DNA of 64,000 bases from an uncultured candidate division Zixibacteria bacterium (GCA_963713865.1 OY970208.1:2112001-2176000), one strand, 5' to 3'. Positions 32,662 to 44,311 are shown, numbered from the stretch's first letter. Program-made: numbers and translations. The notes: generated by a model not told the origin, from the sequence alone.

Positions 32662-34515
32662 CTAAAACAAATCCATCATCCACTGAATAACGCTTTCCAT
32701 CCAGAATAGATAATCTGAGAAAAACTTAAAAACCGGCCAGCGATAAGGATTGGTTGAAAGTGCGTTGTTATTGATATTTACATCTAAAATATTTACATAC
32801 TTCGGACCTAGGGTAGCTGATTTGATTTTAGCTTTAGTCTTGAGTTTCAGCTTGGCCCATTTGTCTTTCCCATTCCAGCTTTCTTTGAGTTTCTCTCCAT
32901 TCTCCAGTTCAATCTGAACTTCTACCGGTATAATTATCTCGCCATTCCGCCATAACTCAACTGTAGTCTCATAGAGTTTTTCTTTTTTATTCTTAGAGCT
33001 GCCTAGTTCTTCACTTTTTATTTTTCGCACTTCATAATCACAAGTTTTCGTCGAATAAAGCCAATCCTCGAAAAAGCTATCTAATTTTTGACCTGCTATC
33101 TCTTCTGTAATTATTATGAAATCCTCTATTTTCGGATGTTTGAACTGGTATCGGTTATAATATTCTTTAAGGAGCTTATCCATCTTCTCTTTTCCAATGG
33201 TATTTTCCAGAAGTTCCAAGATCAGAGAGGCTTTATAATAGACGTTTGTCGAATAGCTGAATAAATTTACAGATTTCCAGGCAGGTGTGACAACCAGGTC
33301 AAGTTTGGGAGCAGTTAAATAAGCCAGTCGAGATATATCCTGGTCAGAAAGCACAACTCCCCAGCGATTCAAGATATTCCCTTTCTCCCCGAATTCTTTT
33401 TCCATTATTTTTCGAGTAGTATAGGTAGTGAACCCCTCATCTAACCAGGCTTCCTCCGTCTCATTTGAAGCCACTATCCCATACCACCATTGATGAACCA
33501 GCTCGTGGACTATAACCCATTCATCGAGTTTCATATAACATAATAAGAAAGGAGTCTTGGGAGTCACAGTTATCATCATGGGACATTCCATTGCCCCTGC
33601 ACCCATACCAATAGAGATATCAGCTATAACTAACTTATTATAAGGGTATTTACCAAAATGAGAGTTGCAGTATGAAAGTGTAAACTCGGTTGCTTTTAGC
33701 CATCTTTGAAATTTATATAAATCCTCGGGCAGGATAAGGAAAATCACTTCTACCCCTTCAATATTTGCTTTTCTTATTTTAAAATCAGGGGAAGCGCAAA
33801 AAGAAAAGTCATGTACTTTTTCAGCATGAAAGGTAACTGTTTCTGTAGAATCTGGATTCTTTTTCTCATTAGTTATATCCCCCGTTCCATCAATTATATA
33901 TTTCAAAGGTAAGGTAATCGTAACATCATAAGTCCCAAAATCTGAATAATGTTCGGTTAAAAAATGCTGTGGTTGAGCGCTCCAGTTCCCATCTTTCTCT
34001 AAAACCGCCATCTTGGGTAACCAATCGCGCATAATATAATTATCCTTGTCATATCCCGATTCAAGGACTATTTTAGGCAGCTTCAGTTCAAATTCCAGCT
34101 CAAATTCGATATTCTCTCCGGGTTTCAGAGGCCTGGACAAAAAGATTTGCATTATGGTTTCATACATTTTGTATCTGAGTTCTTCTAAATGACTATTGAT
34201 CTTTTTTATCTTCAGATACCCTTTATATTCCTTTTTCTCCATCAATTTCTTTAGATCATCGCTTTCCTTAACAAAAATGGTTGAATCCGAGGAGAAGGCA
34301 TTAAGATTGAGATGAAGATATAATGTGCCTATGTCTTTATTCGAGGTGTTCAGGAAATAAATCCTTTCCTGTCCGGAGATTTTCTTTTCTTTATCCTCCA
34401 ACCTGATATCGACCTTATATGAAGCTACGGGAAGATATTCTGATTGAGCCTGAGAGAAAAAAAGGGCGAAGAGAAAAATAAAGATGAATTTATTTGGCTT
34501 GAGAATTTTATTCAT
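32662..34515 (-). CDS. M1-family metallopeptidase with signal peptide
   Basis: GAME motif, HELVH-x18-E (WLDEG), YYKA. Confidence 0.9.
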   Translation of the reverse strand: MNKILKPNKFIFIFLFALFFSQAQSEYLPVASYKVDIRLEDKEKKISGQERIYFLNTSNKDIGTLYLHLNLNAFSSDSTIFVKESDDLKKLMEKKEYKGYLKIKKINSHLEELRYKMYETIMQIFLSRPLKPGENIEFELEFELKLPKIVLESGYDKDNYIMRDWLPKMAVLEKDGNWSAQPQHFLTEHYSDFGTYDVTITLPLKYIIDGTGDITNEKKNPDSTETVTFHAEKVHDFSFCASPDFKIRKANIEGVEVIFLILPEDLYKFQRWLKATEFTLSYCNSHFGKYPYNKLVIADISIGMGAGAMECPMMITVTPKTPFLLCYMKLDEWVIVHELVHQWWYGIVASNETEEAWLDEGFTTYTTRKIMEKEFGEKGNILNRWGVVLSDQDISRLAYLTAPKLDLVVTPAWKSVNLFSYSTNVYYKASLILELLENTIGKEKMDKLLKEYYNRYQFKHPKIEDFIIITEEIAGQKLDSFFEDWLYSTKTCDYEVRKIKSEELGSSKNKKEKLYETTVELWRNGEIIIPVEVQIELENGEKLKESWNGKDKWAKLKLKTKAKIKSATLGPKYVNILDVNINNNALSTNPYRWPVFKFFSDYLFWMESVIQWMMDLF

Positions 34516-34605
34516 CTTTTAAACCAAACATGTAGAGCATCCGCTTATAGCTTTGCATCAGCGTCCCTTAAAAAAAGGTCGTACTACAAAAACCAAAGGA
34601 AGAAT

Positions 34606-34629
34606 GGGTGTATTGCAATACGCCCCTAC
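34606..34629 (-). repeat. GTAG-type REP (degenerate partners at 34532-34587)
   Basis: GTAGGGGCGTATTGCAATACACCC. Confidence 0.75.
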
Positions 34630-34644
34630 GTATATCTTATCCGA

Positions 34645-35613
34645 TTAATTACATTTCTCTTTCTCACTCTGATCTTTGCCCATTAAAGCCAGAAGATGAG
34701 CTTCAACTGAGCAGGCTAAGGCTTTGAGATTATACCCACCCTCTAAAACTGAAACTATTCTTCCCTGACAGGTTTTATCTGCTAATTCCTTTATCACCTG
34801 AGTCATCCCCTTAAACCCATTTGACGTTAGTTGTAGATTGGTCAGAGGATCGTTCTTATGCCCGTCAAAGCCTGCAGAAATGAAGATAAAATCTGGAGCA
34901 AATTTTAAAGCAGCTGGATATAAGATGGTCTCAAATACTTCTTTGTACTCTAAGTCACCACTTCCGGCAAACATCGGGATATTCAACGTATATCCCATGC
35001 CCTCTCCTGAACCTTTCTCACTTTCCTTTCCTGTGCCAGGATAGAAGGGGGACTGATGAATGCTGAAGTAATATACTGAAGGATCAGAATAAAATGCTTT
35101 CTGGGTTCCATTACCATGATGGGCATCCCAGTCAACGATCAATACTTTTTTCAACCCGTATTTTTCCTGAACGTATCTTGCGCCTATGGCTACATTATTG
35201 AAGATACAGAAACCCATCCCCCGATTAGGCTCCGCATGATGACCAGGAGGCCGAATTGCGCAGAAAACATTATTAAACTTACCTTGCATCACACCATCTA
35301 CCCCTACCAGAACCCCTCCCACTGCCAGAAGGGCTATCCTGTAAGTTTCTGAGCTGATAACTGTACCCATATCCAGATTCCCCGGGGCATGTTTGGAGTA
35401 TTCCTCAATCAACTGAATATATTCAAGCGGATGGATTTTATTCACCCATTCTAAAGAAGGATTATGTGGTTCAATTTTCACCAGTTCTGCATAATAATTT
35501 TTTCTCTCTAAACAATCTAAAAGGAAAGAAAGTCTGGAAGGACTCTCTGGATGAATTTTACCAGTCTCGTGCTTAAGATAATCCGGGTGATATACTAATC
35601 CAGTAATTGACAT
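34645..35613 (-). CDS. Histone deacetylase-family protein
   Basis: HPE, RPPGHHA, GFCIFNN, DWDAHHGNGTQ, SAGFD, LEGGY. Confidence 0.94.
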   Translation of the reverse strand: MSITGLVYHPDYLKHETGKIHPESPSRLSFLLDCLERKNYYAELVKIEPHNPSLEWVNKIHPLEYIQLIEEYSKHAPGNLDMGTVISSETYRIALLAVGGVLVGVDGVMQGKFNNVFCAIRPPGHHAEPNRGMGFCIFNNVAIGARYVQEKYGLKKVLIVDWDAHHGNGTQKAFYSDPSVYYFSIHQSPFYPGTGKESEKGSGEGMGYTLNIPMFAGSGDLEYKEVFETILYPAALKFAPDFIFISAGFDGHKNDPLTNLQLTSNGFKGMTQVIKELADKTCQGRIVSVLEGGYNLKALACSVEAHLLALMGKDQSEKEKCN

Positions 35614-35833
35614 CTTTTCAACTGTTGTACATTATCTTTTAGACCTAATAACCTACATTTATATAATAATTAAATCTTTAAAAGTGAGAAGTCAAGTATG
35701 TTAGAATAAATTTTTTTGCTTCTCTTTTTAAAATGACTTACCCTCCGTTGCTGGGGATACCAACGAAGAGCACACACCCAATAATCGTTGGTCTCCTGAC
35801 CACCGACCTTTATCTCGTTGGTACGGAGATTTT

Positions 35834-37204
35834 TTACACTTCTCTGCTTTTCCACTTCCCTAATTTAAACCAGAAAGCTAAAACTATCCCTTTCACCATA
35901 GAGGTCAAAGTTATTGCCCACCAGACTCCCGACACACCTAAATTAATCTTTATAGCCAAAAAATATGCTATGGGAATCCTCAAGATCGATCCGGGAACAG
36001 AAACTATCATCGGTGGAAGGGTATTACCAGCTCCGGAAAAGGCTCCTTCAAGAACTATCTCTACAGCCATAAAGATTTGAGATAATCCTAATATTTGCAG
36101 ATATTTAACTGCTATCCTGATCACCTTTTCATCCGATATAAAGAAAGCTGCGATATATCTGGGAAAAGAAAAAAACATCACCGAGATAAAGCCGGTGACC
36201 AGGATCACAATCAGGACCGTTCTCCAGGCAGATTTCTCTGCCCTCTCCGGTTTTTTTGCACCCAAGTTCTGACCAACTAAAGCTGCTGCTGCCATAGAGA
36301 AACCAAAGCAGGTAAGGTAGGATAGAGATTCAGACCTGTTTCCTATGCCTAAAGCTGCAACCGCATCCGTTCCAAAATGAGCGGTTATTTTATTGAGAAA
36401 AAGATAAACCAGACTAAAAACAATACCTGCAATTGAAGTAGGTATACCTATTTTTAAAATTCGGTAAACAGTTTTAAGATCGATTTTTGTCCTATCTCTC
36501 AAACTTATTTTGAATGGAAGTTTTCCTTTATTAATATGACGCATAAAAAGGAGCACTCCTAAGAACTGTGAAGTAACTGTAGCTATGGCGGCACCTGTTG
36601 CTCCTAATTTTGGAAAAGGACCTAACCCGAAGATTAACACCGGGTCTAATAAGATATTTACTCCTACCGCTATCAGAGCTACCCTTAAAGGGGTTTTGGT
36701 ATCCCCGGATGCTCTGAATACACCACTTAAAGTATCTATCAGGAAGAAAAAGGGAGCACCTAAAAAGATTATGCGGAGATATTTTGATCCGATCAGAGAT
36801 ACTTCTTTTTCAGTCCCCATCAAATTGAAAAACTGCGGAGCTAAGATTATACCTATTAAAGTTAATAAAGATGCGGCTAAAATTGCAAACTGAAATGCCT
36901 GGCTGGATATGTAACCTGCCTGTTCTGGGTCCTTTGACCCAATAGACCTGGAAACCAAAGCTACTACTCCCACCGAGATAATCGAAGCTAAAGAATATAT
37001 GATCCAGATTACAAAGACAGAAGAAATCACCGCCGCCAAAGAAGTTGCTCCTAATTTCCCTACCCAGAAAGCGTTTGCAATGGAGAAGAAGGTCTCCAGG
37101 AACATCGAGGTAACCGCAGGCCAGGCAAGATTGAAGATGTTTCTGGTTATGTTACCGGAAGTCAAATCTAATCTATTGCTCTTTGTTTCCATTATCTCAG
37201 TCAT
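35834..37204 (-). CDS. MATE-family efflux transporter
   Basis: Two repeats of the MATE pattern (GDTKTP, GQNLGA), about 12 TM helices. Confidence 0.92.
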   Translation of the reverse strand: MTEIMETKSNRLDLTSGNITRNIFNLAWPAVTSMFLETFFSIANAFWVGKLGATSLAAVISSVFVIWIIYSLASIISVGVVALVSRSIGSKDPEQAGYISSQAFQFAILAASLLTLIGIILAPQFFNLMGTEKEVSLIGSKYLRIIFLGAPFFFLIDTLSGVFRASGDTKTPLRVALIAVGVNILLDPVLIFGLGPFPKLGATGAAIATVTSQFLGVLLFMRHINKGKLPFKISLRDRTKIDLKTVYRILKIGIPTSIAGIVFSLVYLFLNKITAHFGTDAVAALGIGNRSESLSYLTCFGFSMAAAALVGQNLGAKKPERAEKSAWRTVLIVILVTGFISVMFFSFPRYIAAFFISDEKVIRIAVKYLQILGLSQIFMAVEIVLEGAFSGAGNTLPPMIVSVPGSILRIPIAYFLAIKINLGVSGVWWAITLTSMVKGIVLAFWFKLGKWKSREV

Positions 37205-37255
37205 ATTTAAGCTTTAAGCTTTCAACTTTTAGTTATTGACTTTAACCTATAGACT

Positions 37256-38122
37256 TTAGACTAAATTAGAAGCCTGCTTCTTTGCGTGATATGAGCTTCT
37301 GACCAGAGGTCCAGATTCCACTTTTAAAAAACCGAACTTTACACCAATTTTCCCCAACTCAACAAACTCTTCAGGAGAATAATATTTCTTCACTGGCAGA
37401 TGTTTATCCGAAGGAGAAAGATATTGTCCTATAGTAAGCAGATCGCAATTAACCTTTCTAAGATCCTTTAGTAGTTCGACTATCTCCCCCCATTCTTCCC
37501 CCATCCCGATAATAATCCCGGATTTAGTAATAATCGAACTATCATATTCTTTTGACTTCTCCAGTAAAATCAAAGACCTCTTGTAATCCGCACCTTTTCT
37601 AACCACAGGGTAAAGCCTTTTTACCGTCTCTAAATTGTGATTCAAAACCTCCGGTCTTTCCTTAAGTACAATCTTTAATGGTTCAATCTCACCCCTAAAA
37701 TCCGGAACCAAAACCTCGATTTTACAATCAGGATTCAAATTTCTAATCTCCCTTATCACCTGAGCGAAATGTGATGCACCCCCGTCTTTTAAATCATCTC
37801 TGGTAACAGAGGTTATCACTGCGTATTCCAAACCTAAGTTTTTTACTGCTTGAGCAATATGCAGAGGCTTTGAAGGGTCTAAAGGTAGAGGTACCCCTCT
37901 ATCCACATCGCAAAAATTACAACCCCGGGTGCAGATTTTTCCTAAGATTAGAAAAGTTGCAGTCTTCTCCTCAAAGCAGGTACCGATATTAGGACAATTA
38001 GCCTCCTGGCAAACCGTATGTAAATTTAACTGAGCTAAAAGAGATTTTACTCTTCTATAATTTTCTCCAAAAGGGGGGGTAACTTTTAGCCAGAGAGGTA
38101 ATCTTTCTCTTTTAATTTTCAT
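37256..38122 (-). CDS. lipA: Lipoyl synthase
   Basis: CQEANCPNIGTC, CTRGCNFC, RSSY. Confidence 0.97.
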   Translation of the reverse strand: MKIKRERLPLWLKVTPPFGENYRRVKSLLAQLNLHTVCQEANCPNIGTCFEEKTATFLILGKICTRGCNFCDVDRGVPLPLDPSKPLHIAQAVKNLGLEYAVITSVTRDDLKDGGASHFAQVIREIRNLNPDCKIEVLVPDFRGEIEPLKIVLKERPEVLNHNLETVKRLYPVVRKGADYKRSLILLEKSKEYDSSIITKSGIIIGMGEEWGEIVELLKDLRKVNCDLLTIGQYLSPSDKHLPVKKYYSPEEFVELGKIGVKFGFLKVESGPLVRSSYHAKKQASNLV

Positions 38123-38155
38123 ATCATTAATCTATTCATTGTCACTGCGAATTTC

Positions 38156-38226
38156 GTAGCGTCGGGCTTTATGCCCGACGTTTAACTTATTCACGGATAA
38201 GAGGGGCGAGGAAACCTCGCCCCTAC
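38156..38226. repeat. Convergent pair of different GTAG REPs
   Basis: GTAGCGTCGGGCTTTATGCCCGACG (identical copy inverted at 51711-51735) and GGGGCGAGGAAACCTCGCCCCTAC (matches the REP inside the RAYT gene). Confidence 0.85.
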
Positions 38227-38306
38227 AAACCCAATCCGCCATTGGTTATTCGTAATTCGTATTTTTTGTCTTCTTTTTGCATTTTCCTTCTCTCCCTAAA
38301 TTCATA

Positions 38307-38335
38307 TTGACAAAAATAAAAATTTCCTTTAAAAT
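38307..38335 (+). promoter_or_regulatory. Sigma70-type promoter for trxB
   Basis: TTGACA-17 nt-TAAAAT. Confidence 0.7.
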
Positions 38336-38461
38336 TAATAACCGAACCGCCTGAGGCGGGAGAAATAAAATTTCTTTAATCTAACGTATGAAGATTTAAA
38401 AATCAAGCCAAACCAAGGACTTATATGTTTAAAACACATTATTAACTTCAGAGGATAAAAA

Positions 38462-39436
38462 ATGACAGAATTATTTTTCAAAACCCCTTCCGAAAAAAAA
38501 TCACCGCAGGATAAAGATAAAGTTTATGATCTGATAATCTTAGGAGGAGGACCAGCAGGTTTAACTGCAGCCATCTATGCCACCCGTTCCAAACTGGATA
38601 CCCTATTGATTGAAAAAGCCGTGCCCGGAGGATACGTCTCTTCAACTGACTGGATAGATAATTATCCTGGTTTTACAGAGGGTGTCTCCGGGATGGAGCT
38701 TTCCAAAAAGATGGAAGACCACGCTAAGAGATTCGGCGCGAATATAATCTTAGATGAAGTTGTAGAGGTGGATTTGAAATCAGAGCCAAAAACAGTTAAG
38801 ACCAATCAAGGTAAGTATCAAGCTCGAGCCATAATCCTTGCCACCGGAAACGAGCCTAAGAAACTGAACGTTCCCGGAGAGGAGAAATTCAGAGGCAGAG
38901 GGATATCTTATTGTGCCACCTGCGATGGACCTTTTTTCAAGGATAAGGACATTATCATTGTTGGATGTGGAAATTCTGGTATTCAGGAAGGGCTTTACCT
39001 TTTAAGATTTGTCAAAAGCATAACCTATGTGGAAATTCTTCCTTACATAATTGCTGAAAAAATCCTCCAGGAAAAAGCCCTGCGGGAACCGAAGATGAAA
39101 TTCTATTTAGAGCATGAGCTTTTATCCATAGATGGAAAAGACAGGGTTGAATCCGTTACTATCCAGAATCTAAAAACTAAAAATAACATTATAATTCCTG
39201 CCCAGGGTGTATTTTTCTACGTGGGCTTAGTACCAAAAACTGAACTTTTTAAAAGTAAAATTGATTTAGCTAAGGATGGCTATATTATATCTGATGAAAA
39301 TACAAAAACCTCGTTACCTGGAGTTTTCGCGGCTGGAGATGTAAGGCAGAAAAGTCTCAGACAGATTGCAACCGCAGTAGGAGATGGCGCTATTGCTGCA
39401 GTTATGGCACAGAAATATTTAGAGGAGAAAGTGTAG
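38462..39436 (+). CDS. trxB: Thioredoxin-disulfide reductase
   Basis: GGGPAG, CATCDG, FAAGD; the only long plus-strand gene in the window. Confidence 0.93.
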   Translation: MTELFFKTPSEKKSPQDKDKVYDLIILGGGPAGLTAAIYATRSKLDTLLIEKAVPGGYVSSTDWIDNYPGFTEGVSGMELSKKMEDHAKRFGANIILDEVVEVDLKSEPKTVKTNQGKYQARAIILATGNEPKKLNVPGEEKFRGRGISYCATCDGPFFKDKDIIIVGCGNSGIQEGLYLLRFVKSITYVEILPYIIAEKILQEKALREPKMKFYLEHELLSIDGKDRVESVTIQNLKTKNNIIIPAQGVFFYVGLVPKTELFKSKIDLAKDGYIISDENTKTSLPGVFAAGDVRQKSLRQIATAVGDGAIAAVMAQKYLEEKV

Positions 39437-39503
39437 TAGAGGTCTTCAGACCTCCTAAAAAATGGAAGACTGAAGTCTCAAGACCTTGATGGCCTTCCAC
39501 TAC
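39433..39503. repeat. REP doublet (REPIN-like); related copy at 51613-51668
   Basis: GTAGTAGAGGTCTTCAGACCTC...GGAAGACTGAA[extra]GGCCTTCCACTAC; GTAG includes the trxB stop. Confidence 0.8.
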
Positions 39504-39577
39504 CCGTCCCGCATAAATGCGGGACGCCACATCTTTTTTCCCTATCACCTATTACCTATAACCTACCACCTGTTTTA

Positions 39578-40132
39578 TTAATATTCAATCCCCTCCTGGG
39601 CTAAAATCCCCTTTCTGAAAGGATGCTTTATCTCTTTCATCTCCGTAATTAAATCCGCAACCTGAATTAATTTCTTGGGAGCATCTCTGCCGGTTAAAAC
39701 TATATGAACCTTATTCTTTAATTTTTTTATGAATTTAATCACCTCATCTATCTTAAGCAATCTCAGCTTTAAAGCCACATTTATCTCATCTAAGATTATC
39801 ATAAAATACCTGCTGGATAAACCCCGTATCTTGGCAAATTCCAAAGCCCTTTTAGCTGCTTTTTTGTGTTCAGACAACGGAAGCTTATCACCAAAAATTC
39901 CCACGTAACCTTTGCCCATAGAATAAATCTCTATTTTATGTGGATGTTTTTTACAGAACTTTATCTCCCCATAATCTAAGAAATCTTTAATGAACTGAAC
40001 CATCAAAACTCTTTTCCCCTGTCCGGCAGCCCGTATCGCCATCCCCAGGGCAGAGGTGGTTTTCCCCTTGCCATCCCCGGTGAAAATCATCACCAAGTTT
40101 TTTTGATTTTCTTTTGATCTTTTTTTCTTCAT
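39578..40132 (-). CDS. cobO: Cob(I)alamin adenosyltransferase (CobO/BtuR/CobA family)
   Basis: TGDGKGKTT, VQFIK, ILDEI, LTGR, KHPF. Confidence 0.9.
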   Translation of the reverse strand: MKKKRSKENQKNLVMIFTGDGKGKTTSALGMAIRAAGQGKRVLMVQFIKDFLDYGEIKFCKKHPHKIEIYSMGKGYVGIFGDKLPLSEHKKAAKRALEFAKIRGLSSRYFMIILDEINVALKLRLLKIDEVIKFIKKLKNKVHIVLTGRDAPKKLIQVADLITEMKEIKHPFRKGILAQEGIEY

Positions 40133-40158
40133 TTTTACAACCTCTGAATTATTCGTTA

Positions 40159-40218
40159 AGACGCATTCAATGCGTCTCTACAAGAACCACAAGGGCAGGC
40201 ACAGGGGTCTGCCCCTAC
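40159..40218 (-). repeat. Two tandem GTAG REPs
   Basis: GTAGGGGCAGACCCCTGTGCCTGCCC and GTAGAGACGCATTGAATGCGTCT. Confidence 0.8.
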
Positions 40219-40332
40219 AAATTTCGTTCGTTATCCATCATCCCTCATATCTATTTTTTCTTTCTTATTCATTATTCGATATCCGTCATCAGTAATTTAT
40301 TATCTTTCTTATCTTCCTTCTCCCTTTTTCTT

Positions 40333-41664
40333 TTATTCCGGTGGCTGTGGAATAATATGTGAATCCATTAAAACTTCCGCTTGCTTTCTGGCTCTTTTTA
40401 TCATTTTAGTTGCCTGTTCTAACAGCTCAGATTTAGATGGCTTTACCCTTGCCAGACCTTGCTCAATTGCCTTTAAGCCCACTGCCACAGCTTCCCGCGG
40501 ATATACTTCCCAATCCTCCATCGTGGGAATAAGATATTCCTCATGTATCCCTCTATCCTGGGCAGTCTGAGCCAGTTCGTAAGCCGCAGTAATAACCATC
40601 TCATCCGTAATCGTCTTAGCCCTGACATCTAAGGTTCCTCTGAAAATACCCGGAAAACCCAAAGAATTATTTATCTGATTTGGGAAATCAGATCTTCCGG
40701 TTGCAACTATCCTGGCACCAGCTTCTTTTGCCTCCCAGGGCCAGATCTCCGGCACCGGATTGGCACACACGAAAACTACCGGATCTTTTGCCATATCCGC
40801 AATCCACTCTTTCTTAATAACACCAGGACCAGAGGCAGAAAGAGCTATAACCATATCCATCCCTTTCATCGCCTCTGCAATCCCACCTTTTCTTTTATCC
40901 TTATTAGTTATCTGGCAGAACCTGTATCTTGGATCGTTTTTTCCAAAATCTTTCCTGTCCGGATGAAGTGTCCCATTTATATCCGTCATAATTACCTTGG
41001 CCGGATCAACTCCAGCCGATAATAAAAGTCTTAAAATAGCAGTATTAGCCGCCCCAGCTCCGATCATGGAAATTTTAACCTCTCCCATCTTTTTGCCAGT
41101 GATCTTTAAAGCATTAATCAACCCCGCTAGGGTTACTGCCGCAGTTCCCTGCTGGTCATCATGCCACACTGGAATGTGAGCTTCCTGCCTAAGTCTATCC
41201 AGGACATAGAAACATTTGGGTTGAGCAATATCCTCTAAATTCACTCCTCCGAAAGAGGGCTGAATCAATTTCACTACTTTGATCAGCTCATCCGGGTCTT
41301 TAGTCTCAACGCAGATCGGGTAAGCATCCACCCCGCCGAGATATTTGAATAATAAAGCTTTCCCTTCCATCACTGGTAACCCAGCTTCTGGACCTATATC
41401 CCCCAAACCTAAAACCCTGGTTCCATCAGAAACCACTGCCACTGCATTCCCTTTGTTGGTATGTTCATAAACCTTGTTCGGGTCTTTAGCTATTTCTTTA
41501 CAAGGTTGTGCTACTCCGGGAGTATACCAGATGGCAAAATCGTTAAAATCCCGGATAATACATTTCGGGGCTATCTCTATTTTACCCTTATAAAAAGGGT
41601 GCAATTTTAAAGCATCCTTACCCGGCTTTTCAGCATTAGCTATCTTCTGCTCTTTGGTTAACAT
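40333..41664 (-). CDS. NAD(P)-dependent malic enzyme
   Basis: [44 protein letters not shown]. Confidence 0.94.
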   Translation of the reverse strand: MLTKEQKIANAEKPGKDALKLHPFYKGKIEIAPKCIIRDFNDFAIWYTPGVAQPCKEIAKDPNKVYEHTNKGNAVAVVSDGTRVLGLGDIGPEAGLPVMEGKALLFKYLGGVDAYPICVETKDPDELIKVVKLIQPSFGGVNLEDIAQPKCFYVLDRLRQEAHIPVWHDDQQGTAAVTLAGLINALKITGKKMGEVKISMIGAGAANTAILRLLLSAGVDPAKVIMTDINGTLHPDRKDFGKNDPRYRFCQITNKDKRKGGIAEAMKGMDMVIALSASGPGVIKKEWIADMAKDPVVFVCANPVPEIWPWEAKEAGARIVATGRSDFPNQINNSLGFPGIFRGTLDVRAKTITDEMVITAAYELAQTAQDRGIHEEYLIPTMEDWEVYPREAVAVGLKAIEQGLARVKPSKSELLEQATKMIKRARKQAEVLMDSHIIPQPPE

Positions 41665-41731
41665 AAACTACAAATCTCCTTTCTCTAATCTACTCTTATC
41701 TGTTCTTTAATTCCAACTATTTTTGTCTTTC

Positions 41732-41842
41732 GTAGGACAATCCTGAAGGGTTGCCCTACATTTACTTCATTTACTTGTAGTGAGGAGGGTGGAGACCCTG
41801 TAAAATCTGGGTTTCGCTTAGCTTAACAAGCTCCATCTCCAC
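41732..41842. repeat. REP cluster, including a 31554-type REP with extra sequence in its loop
   Basis: GTAGGACAATCCTGAAGGGTTGCCCTAC; GGGTGGAGAC[about 30 nt]AAGCTCCATC. Confidence 0.7.
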
Positions 41843-41894
41843 GCTATTTTTTTGTTTTTATACCCTTTAACCTTTGATCTCTATTAGAAAGAGC

Positions 41895-41925
41895 AATAGC
41901 ACAGGGTTATCTTTCCTGTGCTATT
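41895..41925 (-). terminator. Probable terminator after porB
   Basis: AATAGCACAGG/CCTGTGCTATT stem 26 nt after the stop; weak U tract. Confidence 0.55.
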
Positions 41926-41951
41926 TCTTCTTAAGAGATAAATAAAATCGA

Positions 41952-42875
41952 TTACATCAGGTTGAACTTTCTTATATTTTCATCCGCCATCGCCTGAATC
42001 CTCTTCAGCTCTTCCTCAAATCCTTCTTTTCTAAAGAGATGCCTGAACCTTCCCTGCAGTTTCAAATATTCCTCAACCGGCATCTTCTTGGTTATCTTAC
42101 GGACTGAGGTGATTACTCCATTTTCCATCTCATAAACAGGTATAAGTCCGGTTTGTACTGCAAGTTTAGCTACTTTTATAGTATCGTGAGGCTCATGTGC
42201 CCAGCCCAAAGGACAGGGACAGTGGATCTGAAGATATTTAGGTCCAACTATATTTAAAGCCTTTTGAACCTTCTTCTCTATGTCTTTCAAATAGGCAACT
42301 GAGGCGGTTGCTACATAGGGTATTCCGTGAGCTGCGGCAATGGCTGGCATATTCTTTTTGTCAGTCTGGTTTCCCCAGGAAACTTTTCCTGAAGGGCTGG
42401 TAGAGGTCCACGCTTCAAACGGGGTTAAACCGCTTCTCTGCACACCGGTATTCATATAAGCTTCATTATCATAACATATATATAATATATTATGCCCTCT
42501 TTCGAACATACCGGATAGACAACCTATACCAATATCTGCGGTTGCTCCATCTCCACCCTGAGCAATAATTTTAGCCTCTTTTTCCCTTCCCAACGCTTTC
42601 AGGGCTACTTCTATTCCGGAGGCAACTGCGGCTGAATTCTCAAATAACGAATGAATCCAGGGCATCTTCCAAGCAGACTGAGGATAAGAAGTAGAGAAAA
42701 CCTCTAAACAGCCGGTGGCGGCAGTTACAATCACATCTTTTCCTGCAGTATTCATAGCTGTCCTGGCAGCCAGGGCTAAGCCACATCCAGAACAGGCTTT
42801 ATGTCCTGGTGCAAGCTGGCTCTCAGTTATCTCCTCTTTTACCTTTTTACCGATAGTAAGTTCTTCTTTTGCCAT
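41952..42875 (-). CDS. porB: Pyruvate/2-oxoacid:ferredoxin oxidoreductase beta subunit
   Basis: [18 protein letters not shown] motif, [15 protein letters not shown]. Confidence 0.92.
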   Translation of the reverse strand: MAKEELTIGKKVKEEITESQLAPGHKACSGCGLALAARTAMNTAGKDVIVTAATGCLEVFSTSYPQSAWKMPWIHSLFENSAAVASGIEVALKALGREKEAKIIAQGGDGATADIGIGCLSGMFERGHNILYICYDNEAYMNTGVQRSGLTPFEAWTSTSPSGKVSWGNQTDKKNMPAIAAAHGIPYVATASVAYLKDIEKKVQKALNIVGPKYLQIHCPCPLGWAHEPHDTIKVAKLAVQTGLIPVYEMENGVITSVRKITKKMPVEEYLKLQGRFRHLFRKEGFEEELKRIQAMADENIRKFNLM

Positions 42876-42876
42876 C

Positions 42877-44052
42877 TTATTTCCCTCCACCGATTAAATG
42901 CTCTTTCAAATCGACAAAACCATTCTCCACCACCGAAGTTTCACCTTTCTCAATTACCTTAACAATTGATTCCTTGGGAATATCTCTCCCTCCTAAGCCG
43001 GCAATAAACCCTGAAACTTTTGGCTGAGTCGGTTTACCATATAAGGCTGCCTTAATATCATCATACAACATCCCAGAAGCACCTAAGGAGATAGCCTTTT
43101 CGATCACAATTACGTTCTTGACATTTTTAAGAGCATCATAAACAGCTTTCTTAGGGAAAGGTCTGTATGCTCTGATTTTTAAGACTCCGACCTTTTTACC
43201 TTTATCTCTTAACTCATCCACAACTTCTTTTATAGTCCCAACTACTGAGCCCATAGAGATAACTGCAGTCTCTGCTCCATCTAATCTATAGTTTTCCACT
43301 AAACCACCCGAATATCTGCCAAAGGTTTTATTGAACTGGTTTGCTACTTCCTCGATCATATCTGCGGAAACCTCGATCGCTTTCTGCAGTCTGTACCTTT
43401 CTTCCATATACCAGTCTGGCTCCGCTAAAATTCCGAATGTTAAAGGATTTTTAGTGGTCAGGTATAACTCCGGTTTATAAGGCGGTAAAAATTCATCTGC
43501 CATCTTCTGGTCTAAAAGTTCAATCGGCTCAAAAGCATGAGTCAGGATAAACCCATCCATATTGACCATTACCGGGAGCATAATCTCCGGATGCTCCCCG
43601 ATCTTGAAAGCCTGTAATTGCATATCTGCGGCTTCCTGATTATCCTCAGCAAAAAGCAAAATCCAGCCTGAATCCCTGACCGTCATCGCATCCTGCTGGT
43701 CGTTCCAGATATTGATCGGAGCAGAAATCGCCCGATTAGCACAGGTGATAGACACCGGCAATCTTAATCCTGCAATGTTAAACAAAACCTCCGCCATTAA
43801 AAGAAGACCCTGAGCGGTTGTGGTCGAATAAGCCCTGGCACCAGTAGCTGAGGCACCCAGGACCACTGAGGCGGCACCAAATTCGCTCTCTACATTTATA
43901 AACTGGGATTTAAGTTCCCCATCTGCTACAAACTGCGAAAGATTCTCCACAATATGAGTCTGGGGAGTAATCGGATAAGCTGATATCACGTGTGGTCGGC
44001 AGACTTTTACCGCCTCTGCTACGGCCATTGATCCTTCGATAACTTTTCTCAT
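42877..44052 (-). CDS. porA: Pyruvate/2-oxoacid:ferredoxin oxidoreductase alpha subunit
   Basis: [25 protein letters not shown]. Confidence 0.92.
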   Translation of the reverse strand: MRKVIEGSMAVAEAVKVCRPHVISAYPITPQTHIVENLSQFVADGELKSQFINVESEFGAASVVLGASATGARAYSTTTAQGLLLMAEVLFNIAGLRLPVSITCANRAISAPINIWNDQQDAMTVRDSGWILLFAEDNQEAADMQLQAFKIGEHPEIMLPVMVNMDGFILTHAFEPIELLDQKMADEFLPPYKPELYLTTKNPLTFGILAEPDWYMEERYRLQKAIEVSADMIEEVANQFNKTFGRYSGGLVENYRLDGAETAVISMGSVVGTIKEVVDELRDKGKKVGVLKIRAYRPFPKKAVYDALKNVKNVIVIEKAISLGASGMLYDDIKAALYGKPTQPKVSGFIAGLGGRDIPKESIVKVIEKGETSVVENGFVDLKEHLIGGGK

Positions 44053-44053
44053 C

Positions 44054-44311
44054 TTATTTAACCTCCACGATCATCTCGATATCTTTAACCGGACACTCTT
44101 CAGCGCATATCCCGCATCCCTTACAGTAATCTAAATCTGCCCAGTATTTCTTGTTTGCGCCAAAGACAACTCCATCCGGACAAACTGCCACACAGATCCG
44201 GCAGTCGTTACACTTTATCTGCTTGAAAATAGGTTTCTTAGTTCTCCAGGCACCGGTTTTATACGCTTTGCTTGAGCCTGGCTTGGAAACCGTTCCTTCA
44301 GGTTTAGGCAT
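44054..44311 (-). CDS. porD: Oxidoreductase delta (ferredoxin) subunit
   Basis: KTGAWR, CNDCRIC..VCP, CKGCGIC..ECP. Confidence 0.9.
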   Translation of the reverse strand: MPKPEGTVSKPGSSKAYKTGAWRTKKPIFKQIKCNDCRICVAVCPDGVVFGANKKYWADLDYCKGCGICAEECPVKDIEMIVEVK

